A DNA stretch of 63,856 bases, the filler included, from Myxococcota bacterium (lineage in GTDB: Bacteria > Myxococcota_C > UBA6777): NCBI GenBank assembly GCA_023150835.1. It is 3 parts of 3 records of this genome, joined end to end, with 100 filler letters (N's around TTAATTAATTAA, not from the genome) between each part and the next. Parts side by side here need not be neighbours in the genome. Positions count along the whole stretch, not along the records: positions 28,736 to 57,358 come from JAKLKB010000088.1; positions 57,459 to 63,856 come from JAKLKB010000207.1; 1 more part is not named here. One strand, given 5' to 3'. A program made the translations under genes and the position numbers. Below, piece by piece: positions 49,272-57,615 of this stretch; positions within the stretch are counted from its first letter, which is position 1; every line of letters starts with the position of its first letter. The notes under the pieces were generated by a model. That model saw only the letters and a list, made by a program, of their open reading frames with translations, was not told where the DNA came from and searched no databases.

Positions 49272-49285
49272 TTGATCTAGATCAA
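49272..49285. promoter_or_regulatory. FNR/CRP-family (FNR/DNR-type) binding site
   Basis: Perfect TTGAT-CTAG-ATCAA about 110 bp upstream of napD. Confidence 0.8.
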
Positions 49286-49392
49286 GATTATCACCTTGCA
49301 CAAGTCAATCTTCGTTGATTACATCGCCTTATAAATAAGGATTGCAGAGTCCATTGAAAGCCGCGTGATCTGACCCCACAAAGGAGAACGCC

Positions 49393-49632
49393 ATGCCTGT
49401 GATATCCTACCTCGCCTACCCCGAAAAACAACACCGCGCAACCCTCCTTGCAGAACTCAGCGCACATCCCTACTGCGAAGTGATCCCCGCAGAAAATGCC
49501 GATGTTTTCATCGTGGTGACCGACACACCCGACCGCCAAACCGACGAGACTGTCCGTACCTATCTTGAGCAGCACCACGGCCTCTTGTGCCTCGCCATGA
49601 TCCACGGGCAAGTCGAAGACCCCCAAGAGTAG
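49393..49632 (+). CDS. napD: NapD-like chaperone
   Basis: 79 aa, AAGGAG RBS, MPVISYL...IVVTDT pattern, directly upstream of napA. Confidence 0.72.
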   Translation: MPVISYLAYPEKQHRATLLAELSAHPYCEVIPAENADVFIVVTDTPDRQTDETVRTYLEQHHGLLCLAMIHGQVEDPQE

Positions 49633-49642
49633 GAGCGAAACG

Positions 49643-51964
49643 ATGACGATCTCTCGACGTGAATTTCTCAAAAACCTCGCCATCGGGAGCGCGCTCACCG
49701 CAGCCTCCCAACTGATCCCGGGCGTCTCCTTTGCGTGGGAAAAACCCACCAGCCAACATGGCAGCGATATCACATGGAAAAAAGCCCCCTGCCGCTTTTG
49801 TGGTACAGGATGCGGCCTCTTGATCGGTGTCAGCGAAGGGCGTGCCGTCGCTGTCAAAGGCGATCCACAAAGCGCCGTCAACAAAGGGCTTTTGTGCGTC
49901 AAAGGCTACCACTCCATCCAAGCCTTGTACGGAGAAGATCGCCTGAAAAAGGCGATGATCCGCAAAAATGGCCAGATGGTCGAAGTTCCGATCAAAGAAG
50001 CGCTCGACCTGATCGCACAAAAGATCAAAGAAACCATCCAAAGCCACGGAAAAGACGCCGTTTCGATGTACGGCTCGGGCCAGTGGACCATCCCTGACGG
50101 ATACGCCGCCTCCAAACTGATGAAAGGCTGCATCGGCACCAACAACCTCGAAGCCAACGCTCGCCTTTGCATGGCCAGCGCAGTCACCGGCTTTATGACC
50201 ACCTTCGGTCTCGACGAACCCATGGGCTGTTACGAAGACATGGATCATGCCGACACTTTCTTCTTGTGGGGCAACAATATGTCCGAGATGCACCCCGTCC
50301 TTTTCTCACGCATCCTCGAACGAAAACGTACCCACCCGCGCACCTTGATCATCGACTTCGCAACCCGCAGCACCCGCACCAGCGTCGCTGCCGATCGCTC
50401 GATCCTCTTTCGCCCTCAATCCGACCTCGCTGTCGCCAACGCCATCTGCTACGAACTCTTTCGCACGCAGCGTATCGATCTCTCCTTCTTGCAGAAACAT
50501 TGTAGCTTCCGCAAAGGTAAAACCCAGATCGGATACGGACTTCAAGACAAATTCGCCTTCCAAGATACTCCTGAGATCACCAACCTCGACGAATACAAAA
50601 AATTCCTCGAAGACTACACTCCCGAAAAAGTCGAAAAGATCTCGGGTGTTTCAGCCGAAGATATCCGCTACATGGCATCGCTCTACGGCGATCCAACCCG
50701 TAACGTCGTCTCCTACTGGTGCATGGGGATGAACCAACACACGCGGGGAACTTGGATCAATAACCTCGTTTACAACATCCATCTTCTTGTCGGAAAGATC
50801 TCTCGTCCGGGCAACGGTCCTTTCTCTTTGACAGGTCAGCCCAGTGCTTGCGGAACTGTGCGTGAAGTGGGAACCCTCACCCACAAACTCCCCAAAGGCA
50901 TGGTCATGGACCCCAAAGCCCGAAAGTTCGCCTCCGATATCTGGAAAGTCCCTTATAGCCGCATCCCCGCCAAGCCCACTTACGACACCGTCGAGATGTT
51001 TCGCGCCCTTGATCGCGGTGATATCCGCTTCATGTGGATCCAAACCACCAATCCCATGGTCACCATGCCCAACCTCCGACGTTACCGCGATGCCACCAAA
51101 AAACAAGGCCGCTTTATCGTCGTCTCCGAGATCTATCCCACCCCCACCACCGCCATCGCTGACGTGATCCTCCCTTCGGCCATGTGGATCGAGCGCGAAG
51201 GGATGTTCGGAAACTCCGAGCGCCGCACACAACACTGGGAAAAGATGGTCAACCCACCCGGGGACGCCATGAGCGACACATGGCAGATCATCGAAGTGGC
51301 CCGCCGGTTGGGCTTTACCAAAGAATTCCCTTGGAGTGAAGACAAACATATCGAACACATCTGGAACGAGTATACCCGCTTCCATGACAATCCAGCCCAT
51401 CGCATGGCCGATTATGAAACCCTCAAACGCGAGTCCGGCGTGATCTGGCCCTATGTCAACGGAAGATCCACCCAATGGCGCTACAACACCCAACTCGACC
51501 CCGCCACCAAACGCCGCAACGGAGCCGTCGACTTCTACGGAAAACCCGAAGGCAAAGCGTGGATCTGGCTCCGCCCCTACGAGGCCGCCCCCGAAGAACC
51601 CAGCAAAGACTACCCTTTCTGGCTCAATACAGGCCGCGTCCTTGAACACTGGCACACAGGCTCCATGACCCGCCGTATCCCCACCCTACACCAAGCCGTC
51701 CCCGCCTCTTACGTCGAAATCCATCCGCTCGACGCAAAACGCCTGAATATCCGCCATGGCGACAAAGTCAAGCTCACCAGTCCACGCGGTAGCATCCTCA
51801 TCAACGCCTCGCTGAACCAACGCGCTTGTCCTCCTCTCGGCCAAGTCTTCGTCCCGTTTTTTGATGAAAATTATCTGATCAACGAACTGACCCTCGACGC
51901 TTATTGCCCGATCTCTCGGCAACCAGACTACAAAAAATGCGCGGTCCGCGTGGAGAGAGCATGA
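49643..51964 (+). CDS. napA: Periplasmic nitrate reductase catalytic subunit
   Basis: Tat signal SRREFLK, CRFCGTGC...CVKG [4Fe-4S], NARLCMASAV, SLTGQPSACGT, WHTGSMT and PDYKKCAV. Confidence 0.95.
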   Translation: MTISRREFLKNLAIGSALTAASQLIPGVSFAWEKPTSQHGSDITWKKAPCRFCGTGCGLLIGVSEGRAVAVKGDPQSAVNKGLLCVKGYHSIQALYGEDRLKKAMIRKNGQMVEVPIKEALDLIAQKIKETIQSHGKDAVSMYGSGQWTIPDGYAASKLMKGCIGTNNLEANARLCMASAVTGFMTTFGLDEPMGCYEDMDHADTFFLWGNNMSEMHPVLFSRILERKRTHPRTLIIDFATRSTRTSVAADRSILFRPQSDLAVANAICYELFRTQRIDLSFLQKHCSFRKGKTQIGYGLQDKFAFQDTPEITNLDEYKKFLEDYTPEKVEKISGVSAEDIRYMASLYGDPTRNVVSYWCMGMNQHTRGTWINNLVYNIHLLVGKISRPGNGPFSLTGQPSACGTVREVGTLTHKLPKGMVMDPKARKFASDIWKVPYSRIPAKPTYDTVEMFRALDRGDIRFMWIQTTNPMVTMPNLRRYRDATKKQGRFIVVSEIYPTPTTAIADVILPSAMWIEREGMFGNSERRTQHWEKMVNPPGDAMSDTWQIIEVARRLGFTKEFPWSEDKHIEHIWNEYTRFHDNPAHRMADYETLKRESGVIWPYVNGRSTQWRYNTQLDPATKRRNGAVDFYGKPEGKAWIWLRPYEAAPEEPSKDYPFWLNTGRVLEHWHTGSMTRRIPTLHQAVPASYVEIHPLDAKRLNIRHGDKVKLTSPRGSILINASLNQRACPPLGQVFVPFFDENYLINELTLDAYCPISRQPDYKKCAVRVERA

Positions 51965-52803
51965 GTACGCAAAACACCCAACATACCGACGCGCCCAACC
52001 CAAGCGCGACCCCTTCCCCGACCGATACACCCAACCTAAGCACAACCTCTTCTCTTTCGGGCGAAGGATTTACCGTTAGCTACGGCTTTATCGCTATCGC
52101 TTCGGGAATGATGCTGATGGGCGCTTGGGTGCTTGTCACCCTCGTGCTTCAAGGCATCGACCCCCAAGATCCTCACAAAAGCCACAACCCTCCCAAAGCT
52201 GCGCCCGTCCCACATCTCGCGGCTGCTTTGCCCGCAACTCCCACACTCACAAACGCCCTACTCTCCGCAACCCCCGGTTCTTCGGTGCGTTCCCTTCAAC
52301 GCTTCTACAAACAACGTGCTTATTCGGGTGCCCCACCACATATCCCTCACGATATCCTCGAACACAACGGCCAGATCGATGCTTGCCTGTCCTGCCACAG
52401 CCAAGGCGGTTATGTCCCCAAGTACAACGCCTTTGCACCCATCACCCCCCACCCCACCTACACAAACTGCGTCCAATGCCACGTCCCACAGCGCACACAA
52501 AGCACCTTCCGCCCCTCCGCATGGAAAGCCTCTCCTCGCCCCCAACTCCGCCGCACCGCACTCGCGGGAAGCCCTCCACCCATCCCTCACGATCTCCATA
52601 TGCGCACCGATTGCAACGCCTGTCATGCCGGACCCGCCGCCGTCAAAGAGATCCGCGTCCCACACCCCGAGCGCAGCAACTGTCTCCAATGCCACGTCCC
52701 CCGCAAACAAGTCCCTCCCTTTCGCAGCCTTTCTCCGCTCCACCAACGCCTCGAAAAAAACGCTCCTCCACCCACCCCCTCACCCCAAAGGAAGAGACCA
52801 TGA
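51961..52803 (+). CDS. napB: NapB-like cytochrome c with a duplicated diheme domain (4 CxxCH) and an N-terminal membrane anchor
   Basis: RAYSGAPPHIPH...CLSCH...CVQCHVP, then GSPPPIPH...CNACH...CLQCHVP. Confidence 0.8.
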   Translation: MSTQNTQHTDAPNPSATPSPTDTPNLSTTSSLSGEGFTVSYGFIAIASGMMLMGAWVLVTLVLQGIDPQDPHKSHNPPKAAPVPHLAAALPATPTLTNALLSATPGSSVRSLQRFYKQRAYSGAPPHIPHDILEHNGQIDACLSCHSQGGYVPKYNAFAPITPHPTYTNCVQCHVPQRTQSTFRPSAWKASPRPQLRRTALAGSPPPIPHDLHMRTDCNACHAGPAAVKEIRVPHPERSNCLQCHVPRKQVPPFRSLSPLHQRLEKNAPPPTPSPQRKRP

Positions 52804-53447
52804 CACGCCCTCTCTGGTTACTCGCTTTGCTCTTCCCCACCCTCCAAGCCTGCAAGATCGCTTGCCATCTTCCCGGACAACACACCTCTGTTCACGACAC
52901 CATCGCTAAAAAACAGCACTCCTTGCCGCTTTCCTCACGACTTTTTCCTGAATCGACCACCCAAATCAACTCCAAACAAACGATCCCTGTTCGGTGGGAA
53001 AGTCCATCAAGAGACTTTTTTGTCCATAAAAGGATCCCTCACCTCAAACGATACCCTTGCAGTGGCTGCCACGATGACAAGATGCGCTACGATAGTCCCG
53101 AACGCTTTCGCGCCACACACGGCGATATCTTGCTCAAACACGCCTCGCCCGGCACTCTTCAATGCCAGTCCTGCCACCAACGCAAGAACATGGATCAACT
53201 CGCACTCCCCGCAGGAGGAAGCACCTCCTTCGATCATGCCCACCAGCTCTGCGCTTCTTGCCACCAAAGCCAAGCCCGCGACTGGGCTGGCGGTGCGCAT
53301 GGAAAACGCATCTCCTTCTGGTATGGCCCCCGCACCCTTGAAAGCTGCACAAGCTGTCACAATCCCCACCAGCCGCTGTTTCCCAAAAAATGGCCCAAGA
53401 TCCGCTATCGCCCTTTCCACCCCCACAAGGCGCGATCCAACCGCTAA
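52800..53447 (+). CDS. Tetraheme cytochrome c (possible lipoprotein)
   Basis: CSGCH, CQSCH, CASCH and CTSCH; WAGGAHGKR motif; LQAC lipobox-like; ATGA overlap with napB. Confidence 0.85.
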   Translation: MTRPLWLLALLFPTLQACKIACHLPGQHTSVHDTIAKKQHSLPLSSRLFPESTTQINSKQTIPVRWESPSRDFFVHKRIPHLKRYPCSGCHDDKMRYDSPERFRATHGDILLKHASPGTLQCQSCHQRKNMDQLALPAGGSTSFDHAHQLCASCHQSQARDWAGGAHGKRISFWYGPRTLESCTSCHNPHQPLFPKKWPKIRYRPFHPHKARSNR

Positions 53448-53458
53448 GGAGTCCAACC

Positions 53459-54598
53459 ATGTCTCGCACCAAGGCATTTCTCTTCGGACAAACAGCGGAA
53501 CACCAACCGCCCGAAGAATATACCTACCCACTGCTTCCACCGCCCCAATCCACCCAAGCGGCCTCCGCATCGCCCTCTTCGACTTCTGCATGCGCCGCCC
53601 CAAGCTCCTGTGGCTGTCAGCCACCCAAGCCCACCGCAGTCGATACTCCATACAAAGCCTTGCTCAAGGCCGATCTCCAAGAGGCCGAACCTGCCGATGG
53701 GATCTCACGACGCGAGATGCTTCAACACCTTCTGATCGGTGTCGCGGCTACGGCAGCCGTCGCTTCTGGGTGCAGTGAAAATCTTGAAAAAGGCTCGCTG
53801 AATTGGGAAGAGTATTTTAAGAAAAATTATCGCGTCATGACCGCCCAAGAACGCACCGATACCGTCCAGCGGCTCGAACGACTCGCGCAGATGCGCAACG
53901 AAAAAAAACCCTCGATCCAAACCAAAAACGCGATCCCGGGTGTCCTTTACGGCTACGCCTTCAATATCTCCAAATGCAAAGGTTACATGGATTGCGTCGA
54001 AGCCTGCATCAAAGAAAACAACCTCGACCGAAAGTCGGGGATGCAATACATCCGTATGTTCGAGATCGAAAAAGGAAAGTTTAACGTCAACCTCGATCAT
54101 GCCGATGGCACCTACCACCACGAAGTCCCCGCAGCAGGCCATGTCTACATGGGTACGCAGTGTTTTCAATGCGAAAATCCCCCTTGCGTCGCCGTTTGCC
54201 CCGTAGGTGCGACGTGGAAAGAAGACGATGGTATCGTCGTGATCGACTACGACTGGTGCATCGGCTGTCGTTACTGCCAATCTGCCTGCCCCTACTGGGC
54301 AAGGCGCTTCAATTGGCATGAACCTGTCGTCCCCAACACCGAAGTCAATCCCATCCAACACTACCTCGGAAACCGCAAGCGTAAAAAAGGTGTCATGGAA
54401 AAATGCACCTTTTGCATCCAACGCTCCCGCGACGGCAAGCTCCCCGCGTGCGCAGAGGCCTGTCCTACAGGCGCACGTGTCTTCGGAAACCTTCTTGATC
54501 CAAATAGCGAGATCCGTTATGTCCTCGCAAACAAAAAAGTCTTTCGACTCAAAGAAGATCTCGGTACCGAACCCAAGTTCTGGTACTTTATGGACTAA
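53459..54598 (+). CDS. NrfC/PsrB/DsrO-like 4Fe-4S dicluster protein
   Basis: SRREML Tat-like motif; CKGYMDCVEAC, CFQCENPPCVAVCP, CIGCRYCQSACPY and KCTFC...PACAEACP. Confidence 0.9.
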   Translation: MSRTKAFLFGQTAEHQPPEEYTYPLLPPPQSTQAASASPSSTSACAAPSSCGCQPPKPTAVDTPYKALLKADLQEAEPADGISRREMLQHLLIGVAATAAVASGCSENLEKGSLNWEEYFKKNYRVMTAQERTDTVQRLERLAQMRNEKKPSIQTKNAIPGVLYGYAFNISKCKGYMDCVEACIKENNLDRKSGMQYIRMFEIEKGKFNVNLDHADGTYHHEVPAAGHVYMGTQCFQCENPPCVAVCPVGATWKEDDGIVVIDYDWCIGCRYCQSACPYWARRFNWHEPVVPNTEVNPIQHYLGNRKRKKGVMEKCTFCIQRSRDGKLPACAEACPTGARVFGNLLDPNSEIRYVLANKKVFRLKEDLGTEPKFWYFMD

Positions 54599-54711
54599 TA
54601 CGATATCCGTGTGATGTGTGATCGTAAGATATCGCGTAGACGCTCGATTATAGGGCAGCCACAGAGGGCTGCCCCTACGTTTTGCGATCACACGATGGGC
54701 GGATCTCGTAT
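54598..54711 (-). mobile_element. Family A element, 114 bp, inside the nap operon
   Basis: TA|ATACGATATCC...GGGCAGCCACAGAGGGCTGCCCCTACG...GGATCTCGTAT. Confidence 0.8.
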
Positions 54712-54728
54712 AACCGCAGGAGAGCGCG

Positions 54729-55964
54729 ATGACGCCCCTTCAAGACAGGACTCTATTTCGCTTTTTTCGCGACGTGCTGCGGCACTCCGTCACAGGCAGT
54801 CTGCGCTACCACCTCTGGATGGGCAGTCTGACCTTTTTGATGGCGCTTGGCACCTACGCTTATCTGATCCAACTCAACAAAGGTCTCGGTGTCACGGGCA
54901 TGTCCGATTATGTAAGTTGGGGGCTTTACATCTCCAACTTTACCTTCCTTGTCGGCATCGCCGCAGCCTCGGTCATGTTGGTTTTGCCGGCCTACATCCT
55001 CCATGACGTAGACTTCTCCAAAGCAGTCTTGATCGGCGAAGGACTCGCTGTCACCGCACTTTTGATGTGCCTTGCCTTTGTCACCGTCGATATGGGCGGA
55101 CCTCACCGCCTCTGGCACATGATCCCCAAGATCGGCTACTTCAACTGGCCCCAATCCATGCTCACATGGGACGTGATCGTCCTCAACGGTTATCTCGCAC
55201 TCAACCTCTTGATCCCCTTCTATATTTTATTCTCTCATTATCGTGGGCGCTCCCCCAAAAAAGCCCTCTACGTCCCTTTTATCATGTTTTCCGTCTTCTG
55301 GGCTGTCAGTATCCACCTCGCCACCGCCTTTTTGTACGCAGGCCTCCCAAGCAGACCCTACTGGAACAACGCACTACTCGGGCCACGTTTTCTTGCTTCC
55401 GCTTTTGCCGGTGGCCCCGCCCTGATGATCTTGATCCTCCACTTTATCAAGCAAAACACCGACTTCCCGATCGCCGAAGAAACCATCCGTAAACTCGCCC
55501 TGATCGTCACCGTCGCCGCACAGATCAACCTTGTCATGCTTGGCTCTGAACTCTTCAAAGAATTCTACGCCCCCACCCACCACAGCCAAAGCGCGACCTA
55601 CCTTTTCTTCGGACTCAAGGGTCACAAACCTCTTGTCCCGATCATCTGGACCGCCATCTTGCTCAATGTCTTTGCGACGTTGCTCTTTACCTTCCATCGC
55701 ACCCGCAACAACAAGCCGATCCTGCTCGTCTCTTGCACCCTGCTCTTTGCCGCGATCTATCTCGAAAAAGGTATGGGACTCGTCGTTCCCGGCTTTATCC
55801 CTTCGCCGCTTGGCGAGATCGTGGATTACTTCCCCACATGGATCGAGATCGCCGTCACCATCGGCATCTGGGCGCTCGGCTTCTTTGTCTTTACACTCCT
55901 CGTCAAAGCCGCCATCGCCATCGAAAAAGAATACGAAACCCACCACCGCTCCGAGCCACACTAA
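54729..55964 (+). CDS. NrfD/PsrC/DsrP-like quinol-interacting membrane anchor
   Basis: GLGVTGMSDYVSWGLYISNFTFLVGIAA, DMGGPHR, PRFLASAF and PTWIE. Confidence 0.9.
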   Translation: MTPLQDRTLFRFFRDVLRHSVTGSLRYHLWMGSLTFLMALGTYAYLIQLNKGLGVTGMSDYVSWGLYISNFTFLVGIAAASVMLVLPAYILHDVDFSKAVLIGEGLAVTALLMCLAFVTVDMGGPHRLWHMIPKIGYFNWPQSMLTWDVIVLNGYLALNLLIPFYILFSHYRGRSPKKALYVPFIMFSVFWAVSIHLATAFLYAGLPSRPYWNNALLGPRFLASAFAGGPALMILILHFIKQNTDFPIAEETIRKLALIVTVAAQINLVMLGSELFKEFYAPTHHSQSATYLFFGLKGHKPLVPIIWTAILLNVFATLLFTFHRTRNNKPILLVSCTLLFAAIYLEKGMGLVVPGFIPSPLGEIVDYFPTWIEIAVTIGIWALGFFVFTLLVKAAIAIEKEYETHHRSEPH

Positions 55965-56099
55965 GTTCTTTGCTTCCTTTTGCACCTTTTTTCTTGTGCT
56001 GTTCTCTCCACCAAAAAGTCGATGGAGAGGAGGCGTGACGCACGCCCACCACACAAAGGTACAACCCCTTCACCCGCTCGCTCAGCACAGGAGGCTATC

Positions 56100-56528
56100 A
56101 TGGAACAAGGCCGATACAATATCGCCGCAGGACTCGCAACGCTCGGTTTTTTCATGGCATACGGATTTTTCTTAATCTATATGCGCGACTTTCATCCCAA
56201 CAAAGCACAGTGGATTGCAGAATATGCTGTCGGAAAACATTTCGAATCCCGCCTCGCCCACGTCCACGGAAACTTGCTTGCTTTGCTCAACATCCTTCTT
56301 GGCTTTATCTTTCTTAAACTACAAGGCGGCGAAAAACCACGTAAGATCGCCGCATGGATGGGCCTGATCGGGCTGCTTATGCCGCTCGGTATCCTTGGCG
56401 AAGTCTACTTCAATATGTCTCCGATCTTCGTTCTTGTCGGAGCCGCGAGTATGTTGGCCTCTGTTGTCTTCACCGCTTGGCTTTCCTACCGCTTTTGGCC
56501 CTCCGCTCAAAACGCCTCGTCCCCTTGA
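56100..56528 (+). CDS. Four-TM membrane protein with a His-rich motif (possible heme-b binder)
   Basis: GGAGG RBS, RLAHVHGNLLALLN motif and four hydrophobic helices. Confidence 0.7.
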   Translation: MEQGRYNIAAGLATLGFFMAYGFFLIYMRDFHPNKAQWIAEYAVGKHFESRLAHVHGNLLALLNILLGFIFLKLQGGEKPRKIAAWMGLIGLLMPLGILGEVYFNMSPIFVLVGAASMLASVVFTAWLSYRFWPSAQNASSP

Positions 56529-56593
56529 CATCTCGCGCCCTTTTTGGCTACACAGTCCCCTCCCTCTTCAACCCTCATCTGCTCGGGTGCTTC

Positions 56594-57070
56594 ATGCGAC
56601 AAAAAACAACTTATGCTCTATTGATCGGCTTATTGCTCTCTGCGTTCGGTGCTGTCGCCAGTTTCGCAACGCCCACCACGCGGCCCACTCCCAAACCCAC
56701 CCCGTCGGCTGCTCACAACAAACCCGAACTCACTTTCAAAAGCGTGATGATCCTCCTCCAACAACAAATGAACCTTGCTGCGGCGGGGATCTACCAAGAA
56801 GATTACGCTCTTATCCAACGCGCAGGATACGCCATCGCCAAACACCCCGCCCCTTCGCTCGCAGAACGCAAACGCCTTGTGCGTGTCATCACCCCCATCC
56901 GCGAACAATACCGTACCGTTGGCCGAATCGTCCACGGAAGCGCCGAAGACATGGCCCGTGCCGCCGAAAAACGACAGATGCCCGCTGTCTTAACCGCCTA
57001 CCAACAACTCCTCGGGGGATGCGTTGCTTGCCACCAATTAACCCGCGCCTCCTTCCAAGCCACCCCCTAA
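56594..57070 (+). CDS. Cytochrome c' / class II cytochrome c
   Basis: Signal peptide, helical body and C-terminal CVACH. Confidence 0.8.
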   Translation: MRQKTTYALLIGLLLSAFGAVASFATPTTRPTPKPTPSAAHNKPELTFKSVMILLQQQMNLAAAGIYQEDYALIQRAGYAIAKHPAPSLAERKRLVRVITPIREQYRTVGRIVHGSAEDMARAAEKRQMPAVLTAYQQLLGGCVACHQLTRASFQATP

Positions 57071-57184
57071 TACGATATCCAAGCAATGTGTACACAAAGG
57101 AGAGTACGTAGACGCCCTATTCTTGGGCAGACACAGGGGTCTGCCCCTACATCCTTACGATGACACAACGGGCGTATCTCGTAT
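57070..57184 (-). mobile_element. Family A element, 115 bp
   Basis: TA|ATACGATATCC...GGGCAGACACAGGGGTCTGCCCCTACA...GTATCTCGTAT. Confidence 0.8.
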
Positions 57185-57229
57185 CACACCCCCGCCGTCA
57201 AACCCCCTCCAAGATCCTTTTGCTGTGAT

Positions 57230-57358
57230 TTCCGTGTACTCTTCTGCGTTCTTTCCGCACTTTCCGCACTTTCCGTGTACTCTTCTGCGTTCTTTCCGCA
57301 CTTTCCGCACTTTCCGTGTACTCTTCTGCGTTCTTTCCGCACTTTCCGCACTTTCCGT
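57230..57358 (+). repeat. 41-bp tandem repeat (at least 3 copies) running into the gap
   Basis: TTCCGTGTACTCTTCTGCGTTCTTTCCGCACTTTCCGCACT at 57230, 57271 and 57312. Confidence 0.9.
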
Positions 57359-57458
57359 NNNNNNNNNNNNNNNNNNNNNNNNNNNNNNNNNNNNNNNNNN
57401 NNTTAATTAATTAANNNNNNNNNNNNNNNNNNNNNNNNNNNNNNNNNNNNNNNNNNNN
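57359..57458. other. Assembly gap / artificial contig linker
   Basis: 100 nt of N with a TTAATTAATTAA core. Confidence 0.97.
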
Positions 57459-57615
57459 TATGGCAGGTTGCCGGACGGATAAGGCGAGGGCTGTGTTGTG
57501 TTGGGCGAGGTTGAAGCCACCTCGTCTGCTATGGCGGACGACAGCAAGACATCGGCTTGTTTTCCGACCGCCATGTTGAAGTAAGTCAGGCAGGCAATTG
57601 CTGACCGTTCAGGGC

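Noticed and set aside
53459-55964. Sulfate reduction (dsrOP) or nitrite ammonification (nrf) pathway
   Set aside because: No dsrAB/MKJ or nrfA (CxxCK) in the window; the context points to Nap.
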